The notes under the pieces were generated by a model. The model saw nothing but the letters and a program-made list of their open reading frames with translations, searched no databases and was not told where the DNA came from. 64,000 nucleotides of DNA from Octopus vulgaris (taxonomy: Eukaryota): assembly GCA_951406725.2 (NCBI GenBank), contig OX597833.1, positions 56,916,001-56,980,000 of the forward strand, in the 5' to 3' direction. The position numbers and the translations under genes were made by a program. Each line of letters begins with the position of its first letter. Positions within the stretch are counted from its first letter, which is position 1. Positions 13,585 through 28,389 of the stretch are shown piece by piece.

Positions 13585-15397
13585 TATCATGGTGACACTT
13601 GTTTACAACTATCATGCAATGTCGAGACAAGAGGGCACAAGCACACCCCCCCCACACACACACACACAGACATATATTTAATGAACTCTTTCAGTTTACA
13701 TCTACCAAATTCACTCACAAGGTTTTTGTCTGTATGAGGCTATAGCAGAAGACACTTGCCTAAGGTGTCGGTTGTGAGAGTAAATTCAATAACTGTTTAT
13801 TCATAGGTGCTTCATACAAGGGATTTGCTTTCAGTAACCATCTGCACGTGAGGTTCAATAACCTCTGGAGACAATGCATGTGGTATCACAGTGGGACAAA
13901 AGTCTGCTGTGAGCTCCTGGCTTCGAAGTCTTGCTTGGCGTCAGCTTGAGAAGAATGAGAGGGAAAATGTTGTCGTTTCCTTAAATAATGGCTGCAGGTG
14001 AGATCTCGTTTTTGTCTCGCGTATGGCAAAAGCTGCAGGTGAGATCCCACTGTTTCAAAATAGCGTTGGCTTCTTTGTGCCTCACTACAAGTTTCTCAGC
14101 CACATAACCCAATGTTTCTGAGGAATTATTTCTAGGAAGCAACTAAAAGCATTTGTCAAGTATAGATATAGATATATAATTATTATTCAAGATAAGTTTT
14201 TCTTTAGCCATTGACGCTTATTAGTAAATTGACTAACGATGAAGATATTTTACAACAAAGAATCCTAACAATAACTGAACACAATTATTTTAAAGCTAAG
14301 AAAAGTAGATATAACAATAGATTGTTTCTGCAATAAAAGACTTAGAAAAGACTTTGCTCTGATTCAAATTGAAATTTTTCTTCTTTACTGTTACTCTTGA
14401 TTCTTATTTCTATTCAGTTAATTGATATGTTGATTAAAAGGTCATGTACCTGTCTATATAATATTAGGCTTCTGAATTTATAAAGAAATAAAAATTTATT
14501 TAATCATTAGAAAAAAGATGCTCTCATTGATAAATGTCATATTTGTAGAAATATAAAAAAAATAGTTATTTTAGATCTTGTGACATTTAGTTTGATACAA
14601 CAATTACATTGTTAAATCTCAGACTAGTAAGAAAATTGTAAAACTCTTGAAATGAAAGAGAATGTGGAACATACAAATTTAGGACTTGATCACTGTTGCT
14701 ACTAAGAACAAGGCTTTGCCTATGTAAATAAATATTAACAATGACCAGGCTTAGAACCTAGCCTTATACGTTAACTGCCTGAATATGGCTTTTAGTTAAA
14801 AGGTGAGATAGTGTGAGCAAATATTCCCCTGATACCTAGATTAGACAAGTCTCTTTGAAAATGTCATGAACTTGTCACTAAATACAATGAAATAGAGAAG
14901 GCTACAAGGAATGGAAAGAGAGATCATTACAACTCTAACTAAATCTTATATACTGACTTCTGAGAATATAAATAATTGCATTTGAAAGATTCACAAAGAC
15001 AATGCATTATAATAGGATACTAGATAATTGATAGAACTGTAGACAGAATTCTGTGACTGGGATTTGAGTTTCTTGCTTGAATAACAGACTTACAATTTTA
15101 ATAACTAGAGAAATGTTCTGGTTAGCATACATGTAATTTTAGGCAATTTTAGTTTAGCATTCTTGGAATTTCACTACTAAGATAAATATCATTATATAAT
15201 GTACAATCTCAAAACAACATTTTTCTTAATATATACATAACACCCTCTCCTTCAATTAGAGATAAAGGTTTGGAAATGTGGATTAAATTTATGCTACTAC
15301 ATTTGTGAATGACTTATGAATACAGGGGCAATAAATATTAACAATCAAAACTGAGTTTTGCACTGAAGAAATTTATTTTTATTGATAAACTTCATAA

Positions 15398-15873
15398 TCA
15401 TCATCATCATCATCGTTTAACGTCCGTTTTCCACGCTAACACAGGTTGGACAGTTCGACTGGGTTCTGGGAAGCCAGGAGGCTGCACCAGGCTCCAGTCT
15501 GATCTGGCAGTGTTTCTACAGCTGGATGCCCTTCCTAACGCCAACCACTCCGCGAGTGTAGTGGGTGCTTTTTACATGCCAGGGGAGTCTGGCAGTGACC
15601 ACGATCGGTTGGTGCTTTTAACGTACCACCAGCACGGAAGCCAGTCAAGGCGGCGCTGGCATCGGTCACGCTAGGATGGTGCTTTTTACGTGCCACCGGC
15701 ACAGAAGCCAGTTGAGGTGGTGCTGGCATCGGCCACGTTCAGATGGTGCTTTTTATGTGCCACCGGCACAGGTATCACAACTACTATTTCCATTGATATT
15801 TATTTCGATGTTCATGTACATCAAAATAAATATCAATGGAAATAGTAGTTATTATACCTGTGCCGGTGGCACA
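15398..15873 (-). mobile_element. Family C element with head-to-head duplicated 5' end
   Basis: Reverse copy of the 24134-24413 type; 15756-15873 is palindromic. Confidence 0.8.
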
Positions 15874-16345
15874 ATTAAAAGTATGTATAAAGCAGCTATG
15901 ATTTATTATGAAGAGGCCTTATTGTACGGCCAGTGAAGACTGAAGTGCAATGCTTCCATAAGCTCATGGGCTTATTACATGCATGAGATATTTTCTCCCT
16001 TTAACCCTTTTGATACCAACTCCTTGAAATTACCCCTTCCTGTTTTAAAGTGATCTAAATTAAAACCTTCCTTTAAAATTTATGCTAATTTGTTCCAAAC
16101 ACCAACTCAAAAATGACAAAGTTATTCTACTAAATTTTTCATTATTTTAAAAATCAATTAAAGCAAAAGCAATGTATTTCAACAAAAATATGGTTGCAAA
16201 AGAGTTAAACTTTTGAGAGGAGGGATAACAGAAAAGACACTTTGATTCTACAACTAATTAGATGTCGTAGCATGAAATAAGGTGAAAATATACAACCTGA
16301 AAACGACCAAATAAAATTATGTGTAAAACCAAAACGTAAAAATAT

Positions 16346-16570
16346 AATGTTAAGTTAAGTTAAGTTAATTTTTTGGCTCAAAAAGTAAAAAGCAAGGCCA
16401 TGTAGGGGGACATGGAGTTATGTACAGGGTGGTGGTCATCGGCATCTTCACTATCTCGTCCGGCAGTTTATTCCATGGATCCACAACCCGGATGGAGAAA
16501 GCCCCACTCCTTCGATTGAGATGAAATCGTTGCAGATAGAGCTTTTCGGAGTGATCCCGCAGCTAACGCT
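16346..16570 (-). mobile_element. Second CR1/L2 3'-end fragment
   Basis: Near-identical to 3652-3930 with an internal deletion; (TTAAC)n tail. Confidence 0.82.
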
Positions 16571-17067
16571 TGAAATTTAGATAATTTTTTTGTTTTACTC
16601 TAATAGAAAAAAACTATCTGTGGAATTTTATTTATTATCTGATGAGGAAAATAAATTTCACTCACCTTCAACATTTGTTACAATAAAAGTCCTCAAGATT
16701 ATAACATTAACTTTAAAATCTTATCCCTCAGAACTTGGAAGATGGAAAAAAATTGTAGATTTAAAATTTTTACCAATTATTAAATTTCTTGTTTAGGTGA
16801 GCACAAAAATGTTTTCTCTAACATTTGTGGCAAAATCCACCACAAAAAAAAAAACACAAAATGTTAATAATTCCCAATCTAAAATATTTTTTTCTACTTT
16901 TTAACTGCCATTTTAATCCAGAAAGATTGACAGTTAATATAATTTAATCTCATATATTTCGTGTCTGCCTTTTATGGCAATTTCCTCATGGATTTCATGC
17001 CTTAATAAACTTATTAGATCTAACAGAATAATTTAGCTTGTCAAAACCTTCACAATGTTAATTTCCT

Positions 17068-17523
17068 TTAACCCTTTAGCATTTAACCCTTTCGTGACCA
17101 ACCCGGCTGAAACCGACTCTGGCTCTGAGTACAAATGTTTTGTTTTCATAAGTTTTGAATTAAAATCTTCCACCAAACCTTAGTCATAATTTATGTTCTT
17201 AACACTAGCTGAAAGATAACTAAGTTATTTTACTAAATTCTTTGTTATATTTAAAGTAATTGAAACAAATACAGAGTTTTTTAAAAATTAATACAGTAAC
17301 AAAAGGGTTAAACCAGCCACATCCAGCCCAAAATATTCTACCTGTTCCATATTAAAACTGGTCACAATCTAGCCTTTCACACCTACCAGATAATGTAAAT
17401 TAAAACATAAACAATCACATCACTGAAATCTAAAAGTTACAAGATTAATACAGGATTAATTCAAGACAATGTGAATAAATATGTGTTAGATTTGACAGAG
17501 TAATCTGAATGCTAAAGGGTCAA
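17068..17523. mobile_element. piggyBac MITE family 2 with family 1 nested at an internal TTAA (17083-17311)
   Basis: Outer TTAA CCCTTTAG...CTAAAGGG TCAA matches the uninterrupted copy at 35594-35820. The inner element is flanked by TTAA. Confidence 0.85.
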
Positions 17524-19497
17524 TCACTGACAACTTTTCCATGTTTGCTTTATACCAGTATAATAACCATTGTACTAATTGTTGCAGTTAATGGTTGCCA
17601 TTTCTTAACAAGAAATATTTCAACAAAGAAAAGAATTTTTTTACAGATCATATAAAATTAAAATAAGGCTTTACAAGCCCCATAAGGTCAGATGTATTAA
17701 ATATATCCTGTATAAAAACTTTATAGTAATCATCCCACAATTTATTTATTACTGTCACTAAAGTCAATATATATAATTTTCTACTCTAGGCACAAGGCCT
17801 GAAATTTTAGGAGAGGGGGCCAGTTGAATAAATCGACTCCAGTATGCAGCTGGTATTTAATTTATCAAACCCGAAACGATGAAAGACAAAGCTGACTTTG
17901 GCAGAATTTGAACTCAGAACATAAAGACAGGCGAAAAGTCAATATATATTAAAATATGACTCAAACATTTGTTAAACATAACAAAAATGTTTGAAAGGGC
18001 AACAACATCTGAATAAAAAAAATGTAACTGAAGAAAGCAATTAAAAGGGTTAGAGTCTTACAATATTGTTGAGAAGAAATGTGTATGTTATTTTTAAAAT
18101 GGAGAAGTTTTCATTAAATTAGTTTCAGTATACTAGTCTCAGCACTCCAGTTTTATGAACAGAAAATATTTCTGGTCAAAGGCACTCTAAGAAGTTTTAA
18201 TCTAAACAATATCAAAATAACTACCTCAGAACATATAAAATTACAGAAATTTTCTAGTTAAAGTACATGTGATTTGGCATTAACATTCTTGGAATCTTGC
18301 TTCTAAGATGAAAAGCTGAATATTTAATCTCCAAACAACTTGCATTTTTTTTTCTAATTTAGACCCTATTGAATTTAAAATGTAAAATTAAAAATTCAAT
18401 TTTTTTTTTCAGTGTAATATATATATGTAATATGTGGAAGTAGATGTTAATATGCTTGCAATATATATAATCATTAAAATGCCTAGAAACAGGATATTAT
18501 AAATTATACTTTTTCTTATATCTCAAGCTGATAGATGACCTGCTATTCAGAAATCGTATAGAAATGCATTGAAAATAGAAACCAGATATTGAATAAGATC
18601 AAGTTATACAGAAAATAGAATGGAGCACTATAATACACACCCACACATATGGCTGTGTGTGTGATTAAAAAGTTCGCTTTGCAACCACATAGTTTTGAGT
18701 TCAGTCTGTCAGGCACCTTCGGCATCTTCTATTATAGCTCCAGAATTACCCAAGCCTTGTGAAGGGATTTTGTAGACAAAAACCCAAAGAAGTCTTGTGT
18801 GTGTACCTGTTGTATGTGTGTACTTGTTCGTATCTCTTTATCTCGACATTGCATGCTAGTTGTAAAATGTCAGTGTCTAATAAGTGGTATCATTCATTTG
18901 TAATCTTCCATGAAAACTTGTCAAGCCAATGTGCTGCTCGTGTTCAAAGGAATAGGGGAAATATTACTTGGCTTGGAAACAGACAGGAAGAGCATCCAGC
19001 CGTAGAAAATCTACCTGAGTGAATTCCGACTGACTTATGTACCCATGGAAAGTTCAAGCAATAAGTCATGCATGTAATAGCCCATAAGCTTATGGAAGCA
19101 TTGCACTTCAGTCTTCATAGTGACTGGCAGTATGATCACACACACACACACATCATAGGGTTTGAGGTTCAATCTCACTGAATGGCCTCTTGAGCTGTCA
19201 TGCATGGAAAATGAAAAGAGGTTCACCTACCTTCCTCTCTTGTCTTCACCTGTCTAGTAGTAATCTCTCCGGCAATCCTACCCCACCCTTATCACCCAGT
19301 ATAAGCAGCTGCTATCTGACCAACCCGTGAGTGAAACCATTGATGTCCATTCATGATGCCTCCAGCGGGCAAGAAGAGGCTGACCCTCACCTCTCTTGCT
19401 TCCTCTTCTGGTCAGTCTCTTAACTATTGACATCATGACCCTCTTCTTCTAGCTCATCCCCACATGCCTTCCCAATCTCAAAGACCACCTCCTCAAT

Positions 19498-21550
19498 TCA
19501 CTCCATGTCAAAATCTACCACCCACCTGGGTGGGAACCTTGAATGTTGTGATCTTCTTAAGCTGGGAACCTCATTCTCTTCCTCCTCTTCACACTCATCA
19601 TCCAACGAAGTGACAATCTTACAAACATCCAAAACATGACATGGCATTCCATCCACAGAAATGTTGTTATTAGAATTGATTGCCGTCACTATTCCTCTGT
19701 TCCACTGAGTTGTGCAGTGTGCCTTTGATGGTTTGACTCAGACTTCATCTCCCACCTCCACGAAGACGGGCCCTCTCTCTTCTACAGGGCATCTCAATGG
19801 TTTTTTTAGGATGCCACCATTGATATTTGAATATTGCTCTATGTGGCATGGACTTTTCAGCCTGTTCTGATCGGGGTGACTTGTTGCACCAGAAAACAGC
19901 TTCCAGTTGCGAGACATGTCCCTTCACCACTATGGCCTTAAAGAGGAACCTATTCTCAGACCAAGGACCTGGTCTGAATACTAAAAACACCCAAGGTACC
20001 ATGTAGCAGTGTTAAACCGGATGACAGAATAAGTCTACCACCCAAATAGTTTCCTTCAGATGCCTCACAGCCTCTGTGGCAGGCACTACAGTCTCATGCA
20101 CTAAGATATCATCTATATAGGAAGTGGTGGCCTTTCTAATCCTATCCACCTTTCCCAGGATGGATTTGAGCACTGTCGCTATGATCTTTGGTGCAGACTT
20201 CAGCCCAAAAGCCAACCATGTCAAACAATATGTCCAGCTCTTGTATCGCACCAACTGATACTGCCACAGTTTGTCGCTCACATGAAGCTGAAAATATGCC
20301 AACTTCAAGTTGACGATCGTTACTGCTTTAGTTGACTGTCTCCATATGTGCAGCATCTCATCACAGACGTCAGTGGCCTCACCGCCTGTGTGGCACAATA
20401 CATGTCCATTCATCTCCTGAAAGTCCAGTACCAGTCTGACTTTCCCCTTGGTTGGCTGCACCACTGCCACTAGAGGTAGTTCTCTGCTCACCACCTCCTA
20501 CACTCACAGGATAAGAACACCTTCTTTAATCCACCTCTCTACCTCTTCTTCAAACTTGCTTTTAGCATGTCCTTTCAAGATAATGCTGGTAGCAGCTCGC
20601 CCTGTTCTTCAGTGTCAGAGGCTCCTCTTTCCAGCACCACTTTATCGTCCACCGCTGACCATCAAACGCTGTCCAAAAATCCTTGTCTTCAATGGTGTAG
20701 AAAGTGCAGCTCCTTGTAGAGCTCTGCTTTCGCTCACATCCCTGATTCACAGCACCAAATGAAACTATGTTTCCTCCAACACTGACGCCTCCAAAGTGGT
20801 CGATCACCATTACCACATCAATCCCATCTACCATGTAGCTGATCGCGATCGCCTGCAGCCTTAGCATTATGCCTCGCACTGCTATCTCCACATTGCTCCT
20901 ACCCTAGCATTTGATTTTGCTGCAATTTACCACCAAAATACTACTCATTCTTTTCCATTTTTTGTCACCTTTGGGGTCACAAGAGTCATCATGCAGTCCA
21001 TGTCCATGAGGGCTGCACAACATGTTTCTGCCAAACTCGACCTCAACTAGGGGCAGCAACTTTACCAATGCCTCTACTCATTCATGGGGGAAGTTTGAGA
21101 GGCAGCAACTTCCCCATAGCCTTTTCCCTGGCCACAATTTCAGGCAATATGCCCAGTCTGTTTGCGCCGGTAGCAAACTGGTCTGGGCTCTGCGCAATCC
21201 CTGACACTTAAAACACTGGCCTGTGAACGTCCACTGTCATTCCCCAACAGGCCTCTTTTTGTCTTTCCCCGGCCATTGCGGGCTTCTGCAGCCACCATCA
21301 CCACTGCCTTCCACCCAGTGTTTTGTGTCAACATGCAAGCTTGAATGACGATTTCATTCATTGCCATTTTTTTACCACCTGGCAATTGTCGTAGTTGCAC
21401 CGAAATGTCATCGGAAAAGCCATTCATGATGGCCGGTCACGCTGCCTTCTTCAGTCCCTCTTCAGTGAGACCAGACAGTACAACCAGCCTCTGTACCTCC
21501 ACAGGATATTCGTCAACTTGTTCCCCCTGTCCATCTGACTGTTCTCAGCG
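19498..21550 (-). mobile_element. Degenerate Ty3/Gypsy LTR-retrotransposon internal region
   Basis: Gag zinc knuckle (CYRRKQTGHIA), protease remnant, RT (KGKVRLVLDFQEMN...LAFGLKSAP...YIDD) and integrase C-terminal remnant. Many frameshifts; no LTRs recognised. Confidence 0.88.
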
Positions 21551-24133
21551 TAGCCCAAAGTGCCATGCAGTAGGACTGAGCCTGGAATCCTGTGGGTGAG
21601 AAGCAAACTTCTTACCTCACAGCCACACCTGCATCATCATTATCATCATCATCATCATCAACACATTTCAACTGTAGTACAAGACAATCACATTCCTCTA
21701 ACATTCATTGCAGCTTTCAGAATCAATTCTGGTTCTGTAATCAAGTGATTAATTCTAGCTGTAACTTAGAAAACAAAAAAAATCTGGAAACAGATATGGC
21801 AAGGCATTTCATTTGATACATAATCAATTCAATCAATTAACCACCCTGGAATGATACTTTATTTATCGATCCCCCCCACCCTATATAATTTTACACACTG
21901 TATTGGGGAGGGGGCAAAGTGCAGGCAGTGAATGACAAGCATATAAAGAATATGTTTCCAGATCCTTTTTGAAGAATGATTGAAACTAAAATTTAATTTA
22001 TTTTACAAAATGCTCACATGAGTATTGAGATTAGAAGATAAAATATTTAAAACTAAAATTTAAGTTTAAAAAATGTCTAAATCTCCAAATGGCAAGTTAT
22101 TGTTTAGATTGTTATAAATTATGAAATATTTTCCTCCAATTGATGTCAGTTTAATTTTTAGATTCAAAGAAAAAAATTAGACGTTCATTACATTCACTTA
22201 AAATGCATGCTAATCAAGCATAAAATGAAATGAACCAACCATTCCGATTAAACGTAATCCTGTATTCTCTAATGGATATGTTAACAGTAACATCAAACAA
22301 AATTGTATATAAAAAACAGAAAAAGAAATCAATAAAAACATTAAGAAAAAAATTAATTATAATTGATTTCAGTTTAGCTGTTTGGATTATTTTGATACAC
22401 ATACTAATGAAATGAAAATAGAAATGGGTGTAAAAATATCTTAAGGAAAGGAGTCTAAAAAGAAATTCAAACAAGCTGTTGGGAAAAAAACCAAAAAAAG
22501 TATAAAGATAAACTGAAAATGTTCTATGCTAGCAAAATCCATAAAACTGCTAATTCCTTTATTGTTAATTAGAGAACTTCATTTAAAGATATTTAAAAGC
22601 TTTACAAATAATTATGTTTTATAAGTTTTAATTACAACTTCTCAGGTAATCAAGCAATATACTTTAGCAATTATTTGTTTTACAATTAACCATAAAGAAT
22701 ATATCAGATATCTACTTAAGCACTCTATTAGCCTCTATTTTTGTCCCTGGGAAATTCTCAACATTTCTGACAAGCTTCCCAACAAAAATGCTACAAGCCA
22801 AAACTTGTAAATAATTATAAAACATGTCATTAAAAAATGTAGAAATTTGAATTAAAACGTTAGTTATAATTAATGACCAGGAATCTGATATTTACCAACA
22901 ATCAAAAAATATAATCAAAAAGGAAGCACCATCCCTTGTACAGGAAGGAATTGATTCAAAATCTATAAAATCTGTGCCTTTATTCTGGTTCCTCTTAGAA
23001 TCATACATAACTACCACAAAATAGCTATTTTAATAGTTATAAAACTCTTCTATTTCAGATTCTTCCAATGCATTCTCTGGTGAATTGACCTATTGGTTAA
23101 CAGTTCATCTTTGTTTACATTCATTCTGTTCATTGCTTTTATAAAATATTTAATACAGTGAGCACATTCAATGATTTTAGCTTATGACTAACAGTTTCTG
23201 ACATTGGTATAATGCTACATTGCTTGAGAGGAAGGGTTATAGTCAATTATACACGTACCCAATACTTGTTACTTCTTATTCCATCAAGTCTGGAAGGATG
23301 TACACTGATTTTGGCATAATTTGAATTCAGAAAGATAAAGGCTCACAACTAAATACCTATGGGTATTTTGTTGAATCTTCAGTCATTCTAATGATCTTTT
23401 CCTTTTTTTATTCTAAGGTGAACTGGCACAGTCATTACAGCATCAGACAGCATGCTTTATGCTATTTATTTCGACTCTTGGCACCCTGAGGCTCAAATTC
23501 TGCCGAAGATATCTTTACTTTTCATTCTTTGAGGGTCAACAAAAATGTACCAATACCAGGTGGCAAATTGGCAGAACTGTAAGAACCTTGGATTGGATGC
23601 CTGGCAGTATTTGCTCCTGCTTTTTGCATTCTGAGTTCAAATCTCACCAGTCATCAGTCAAACCACCCAACCCATGCCAGCATGGAAAGCAGACGTTAAA
23701 CAATGATGATGATGATGATGATGATGCTTTACAACATTAGTTTCATCATCATTTACTGCTAGCTATTTACTGTCTGAAAATTTCCACCAGATTTCTGCTT
23801 TAATGCATTAATTTCATTCATTTTGATTTCTTTTATATATCTTTATGCACAAGATGTCCAGTTCCCAATGGCAATGGTTACAATTTTTTTACCATCTTCT
23901 TCTATATTCAATATCTGAAATACCATACTTTGGTATTGCGTGGACTGACTGAGTTCCCCATTGACAGGCTGCTGGTATGTGCAATCCTAGCTAGTTTCAT
24001 TTCAGTCTTCTAATTTGGATGGTCAAAGTTGTGATGTTGCTTTGGTGCAGTGGTTAGCAATGCTGTACAGTTTACAGCAGACATGGTGTTCAATCCCCAT
24101 AGGTGATGTTACAGCTTTTCTCATTTCCTTATC

Positions 24134-24413
24134 AAAATAAATATCAAATGGAAATTGTAGTTGTGATACCTGTGCCGGTGGCACATAAAAAGCACCAACT
24201 GATCATAGCCACTGCCAGCCTCCCCTGGCACATAAAAAGCACCCACTACATTCACGGAGTGATTGGCATTAGGAAGGGCATCCAGCTGTAGAAACACTGC
24301 CAGATCAGACTGGAGCCTGGTGCAGCCATCTGGCTTCCCAGACCCCGGTCGAACCGTCCAACCCGTGCTAGCATGGAAAACAGATGTTAAACGATGATGA
24401 TGATGATGATGAT
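24134..24413 (+). mobile_element. Family C element
   Basis: Same sequence family as 10300-10586; (GAT)n tail. Confidence 0.8.
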
Positions 24414-27228
24414 TCTATCATTTATCATACCTACTTCAATTTTTATCCTTTTCCTTTCATGTCTTTCTCTCCTCATTATTTTCCCTTTTATCCTTCATCC
24501 CTTCTCATATTTCTATTCTTCTTATTCTTGTTCAAGTTACTAATTTTTTTTCTCTTTTTATAATCTTGTTCTTCTTTCTCATGATGTATACTCCATATTC
24601 ACTTAATGCTGATACAATGATCTCTGTGTTCTTTTGAAATTTTCCCACTGTCCTGCTCCTTCCCAAGTACCCATCACTATTCCTGTTCAGATTAACAATG
24701 GAACTTCTATATAGTTACTCTACTTGCAGCCAAATTTCCATCAGCAAGCACCTTATAGATTTTAAAGGAATATCTAAAGACCAAAATTTTAAGCTCACAT
24801 GCCTACAGTAGAAGTGAAGTAGTCAAGGCTAGAATCAATATTTCAAAAAATTACTTGATTTGATTAGCTGTTTCTGTATCATAAAATCTGCTGAAACAAA
24901 ATTGACTCCATTATTCAATAACATAAATTGATGATTAAATGTTTAAATGTCTGAGATGAGTTGTTAATAAGATTATATTTTTCCAGATTATTAAGCACAT
25001 CTTTATAGATGCAAAAAAAAAATTTTAACAGTATTTACAACAACACCTTCACTAAAGATGACGTTAATAGACACACAAATTATAATCTGAGATAAAAAAA
25101 TTTTTTTAGCATAGATATTAACCCACTAACTTGTAGACTAAATCAACCCTACTATTTGTCAAATACTATTTCATTGAAATCAAATAGATGAAAGGGATAT
25201 GATTTCAGAGAATGATTGATATAAAACTAAATGCTGTTTAGGTATTTTGTTTGGTGATCTACTAATTCTGCTATCAACTTGCAATAACAGATAAATAAAA
25301 AAATAATCATTTAACCTATAAGCTACTACTCAGAACTCCTTACAATCAATATGGAAAAAATATTTCTTTATTATACTGTAGTTATTTTTTCCTGAGTCTT
25401 AACCAAGTTGGCTATGGCCAAGCTAATGAAAACATAATCATATCCATTACTATTAAAGTCTGATCAAGGAAACCATCGCATAAGACTCAGTAACCAAAAC
25501 AGCTCTGGCATGTAGAGTTGAACTTAACTAGGTTCCAATTAGTTAAATTTTCAATCAACATGATGTCTTATTTCTGGATATTTACATAGTCCCAAACATG
25601 AATCAACCTATGAAGCATTCTTTTGAAAACTGAAAACAGTAATATTCTTATTTTGGAAGTAAAAGGGTTCTATTTCAAATACAATTGGCATATCTAGATA
25701 AGTGTGACCATTCCCATCAACTTCACTGTCTCATAATTTTCAGAAAAAAAAAATGAATACTTTTTAATTAAATTTTTGATAGATACGCTTTAGATGGCGC
25801 ACATCTTAATTATAACAGAAATTATGTTGAAAATTTTTTCCAAGGGTTGGGTGAGGAGTTTTGGAAATTTCACACTAGTTGGTTTCATTTCTCATAACTT
25901 CCATAACTGTGTAGGTATGCCATATAATCTCATATAATCTATAACCATATTTTCAACAAGGAGTAAGATATCTAATGATAATCAGAGATTGAAGTGATCA
26001 AAATGTGTGGTAGAAATATATATATATTGGAAATATATATATATGCTCCATCTATCCAGGTCAGGGACTTGCCCAGATCAGTGTAACTCTTCCATACTAG
26101 ATGTTTCAATCAAGCCATGAAGCATGAATGTCTGGTTCGGGTTTTAATCATATTGGTCTTTCACTAGCTGAAATATCTGCAGGTGCCACAACTACAAATG
26201 ATAGCAGTGATTCACTAACTGAACTGGTTGATCCTAGCTATTGACAGTTCGTTGTTATCTCTTCAGCCACCACAGCATATAGTGATATTCACTATCGACT
26301 CAGTAAGTTCATCTACTGAAATACCTCACATCCACCATGCTGCACTCCATGATTTCAGTATACCCTAGCGTGGGTGGTGACAAGTTATTTAGCCCATAGC
26401 TGGGACCCTGAAAAGGGCTACCACTCTGGTCAGAGTAGACCTAGAAACAATAGCAGCTAAGAGATGGTTCCACATTCATCAAATCAATGAAACTCTTGAA
26501 CCAGGTTCTTGCTACTTGATGCAGTCTAAAGTCATATCCAAATGACATTAATTGTCCAAAAAATAAAAACACTCAATAATATCAATAAATTATCTCAGAT
26601 ATTCAATAACTTAACTTATCTTATATGTTCAATGATCCTTTGTTATGACTCATGATAACTTCATTTCCCTAGATGTAAAGCTGTACAACCTAACTTCCAA
26701 TCACTTTCCATTCATAGAATGTAATGTCCTATGAATCTCTGAGGAGTGCAATATCACACTTTTTATTCTGATATACATATCTATATCAAATATCTTATCT
26801 GCAATACAAAACTACTATTTATACAACACAGAAGAGGTAGTGGTTTGAATAGTTAGTCGTTTGCTGAGCTGTCACTATCATTATATTTAATCCTCATGTA
26901 TAGAAAACAAGCCTTGCCTGGTGAATAATACTCTAAGAGTAGCTGTTAAATAAGGGCCACAGAACAGAAATTAAAGGATAGGGGTTTAAGTAACGGAGAA
27001 AATAAATTATAAACAGAGAATGAGTGTTAGTTAAAGTAATTAGTAATAACAACATCTAATATATAGCAATATAGAAAAAAAAAAGCAAATTATTGGTTTA
27101 TATATAAAGTGATTAAACTAAACTCCCAAATAGTTACAGAATATTTGAGATATTTGGCATTCACAGATATTTTAGAAACAAGGTTTATCACTTCAAGCCA
27201 GGAATATTATTTTTAAAATTTTTACTAA

Positions 27229-27620
27229 GGCGCAGGAGTGGCTGAGTGGTAAGTAGCTTGTTTACCAATCACATGGTTCCGGGTTCAGTCCCACTGCGTG
27301 GCACCTTGGGCAAGTGTCTTCTACTATAGCCTCAGGCCAACCAAGGCCTTATGAGTGGATTTGGTAGACAGAAACTGAAAGAAGCCCGTCGTATATATGT
27401 ATATATATATGTATGCGTGTGTGCGTTTGTGTCTGTGTTTGTCTCCCTAGCATTGCTTGACAACCGATGCTGGTGTGTTTATGTCCCCGTTACTTAGCGG
27501 TTCGGCAAAAGAGACCGATAGAATAAGTACTAGGCTTACAAAAGAATAAGTCCTGGGGTCGAGTAAAGGCAGTGCTCCAGCATGGCTGCAGTCAAATGAG
27601 TGGAACAAGTTAAAGAGTTA
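27229..27620 (+). mobile_element. Family A CORE-type SINE
   Basis: Full-length copy starting GGCGCAGGAGTGGCTG. Confidence 0.88.
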
Positions 27621-28345
27621 AAGGCAAAAATTGACAATCTGTAGGTGATATCAGCATCATTATTGTGATCACAACCAGCTTCACTGGCAACAGCAGCAGC
27701 AGTGGCATCACCATCATCATCTTTAAATTTGTTTTTATTTCCACGATTGCAAGGTTTGGACAAGTCTGCTCTAGCACAGTGCCTTACTGCTTGCAATCAC
27801 TTGTCACCTCCTTCCTGAAGTTCAGCATTATAAGATCAGCCTTCACCACTTTTCCTCCGTCTCCCTCATCTACAGAGTCTTTCCAGTTGGATCACTTAGT
27901 AATTCTTTAGCCAACTATCATCCTCTATATGCAAGGTTTGTACCTATTTTATTGAACCTAAAGGATGTATACAAAATTCAGTCTGAGCCAAATTTAGACA
28001 AAGAATATACACTAACATGATTAAATAGTTTGAGACACTTAATCCAATATATGGTTTCTGCAGCACTGATAACAGCAATAGCAAAAAAAAATTTTTAATA
28101 CAACATATAAACATTAATACCAATATTTCTTTATTCAGTAAATGGAATCAATTAACAACCAATCAAAAATTTAGTAGAAATTCTTTAAATATACCTCCTG
28201 AAAATAATGTGTGACTTACAAATATATAACATACCTATATCTATCTATTTGTGCATGCATGAGTGTGTTTGTGTGTGTGTATGTGTGTACATGCATGTGT
28301 GTGTGCTTGTGTGTGTGTATGTGTGTACATGCATGTGTGTGTGCT

Positions 28346-28376
<31 letters not shown>

Positions 28377-28389
28377 CACCTGTTTGTAT

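Noticed and set aside
16639-16670. Hammerhead core CTGATGAG (also a minus-strand CTGATGA at ~51459)
   Set aside because: No stem II-GAAA-stem III-UH arrangement follows.
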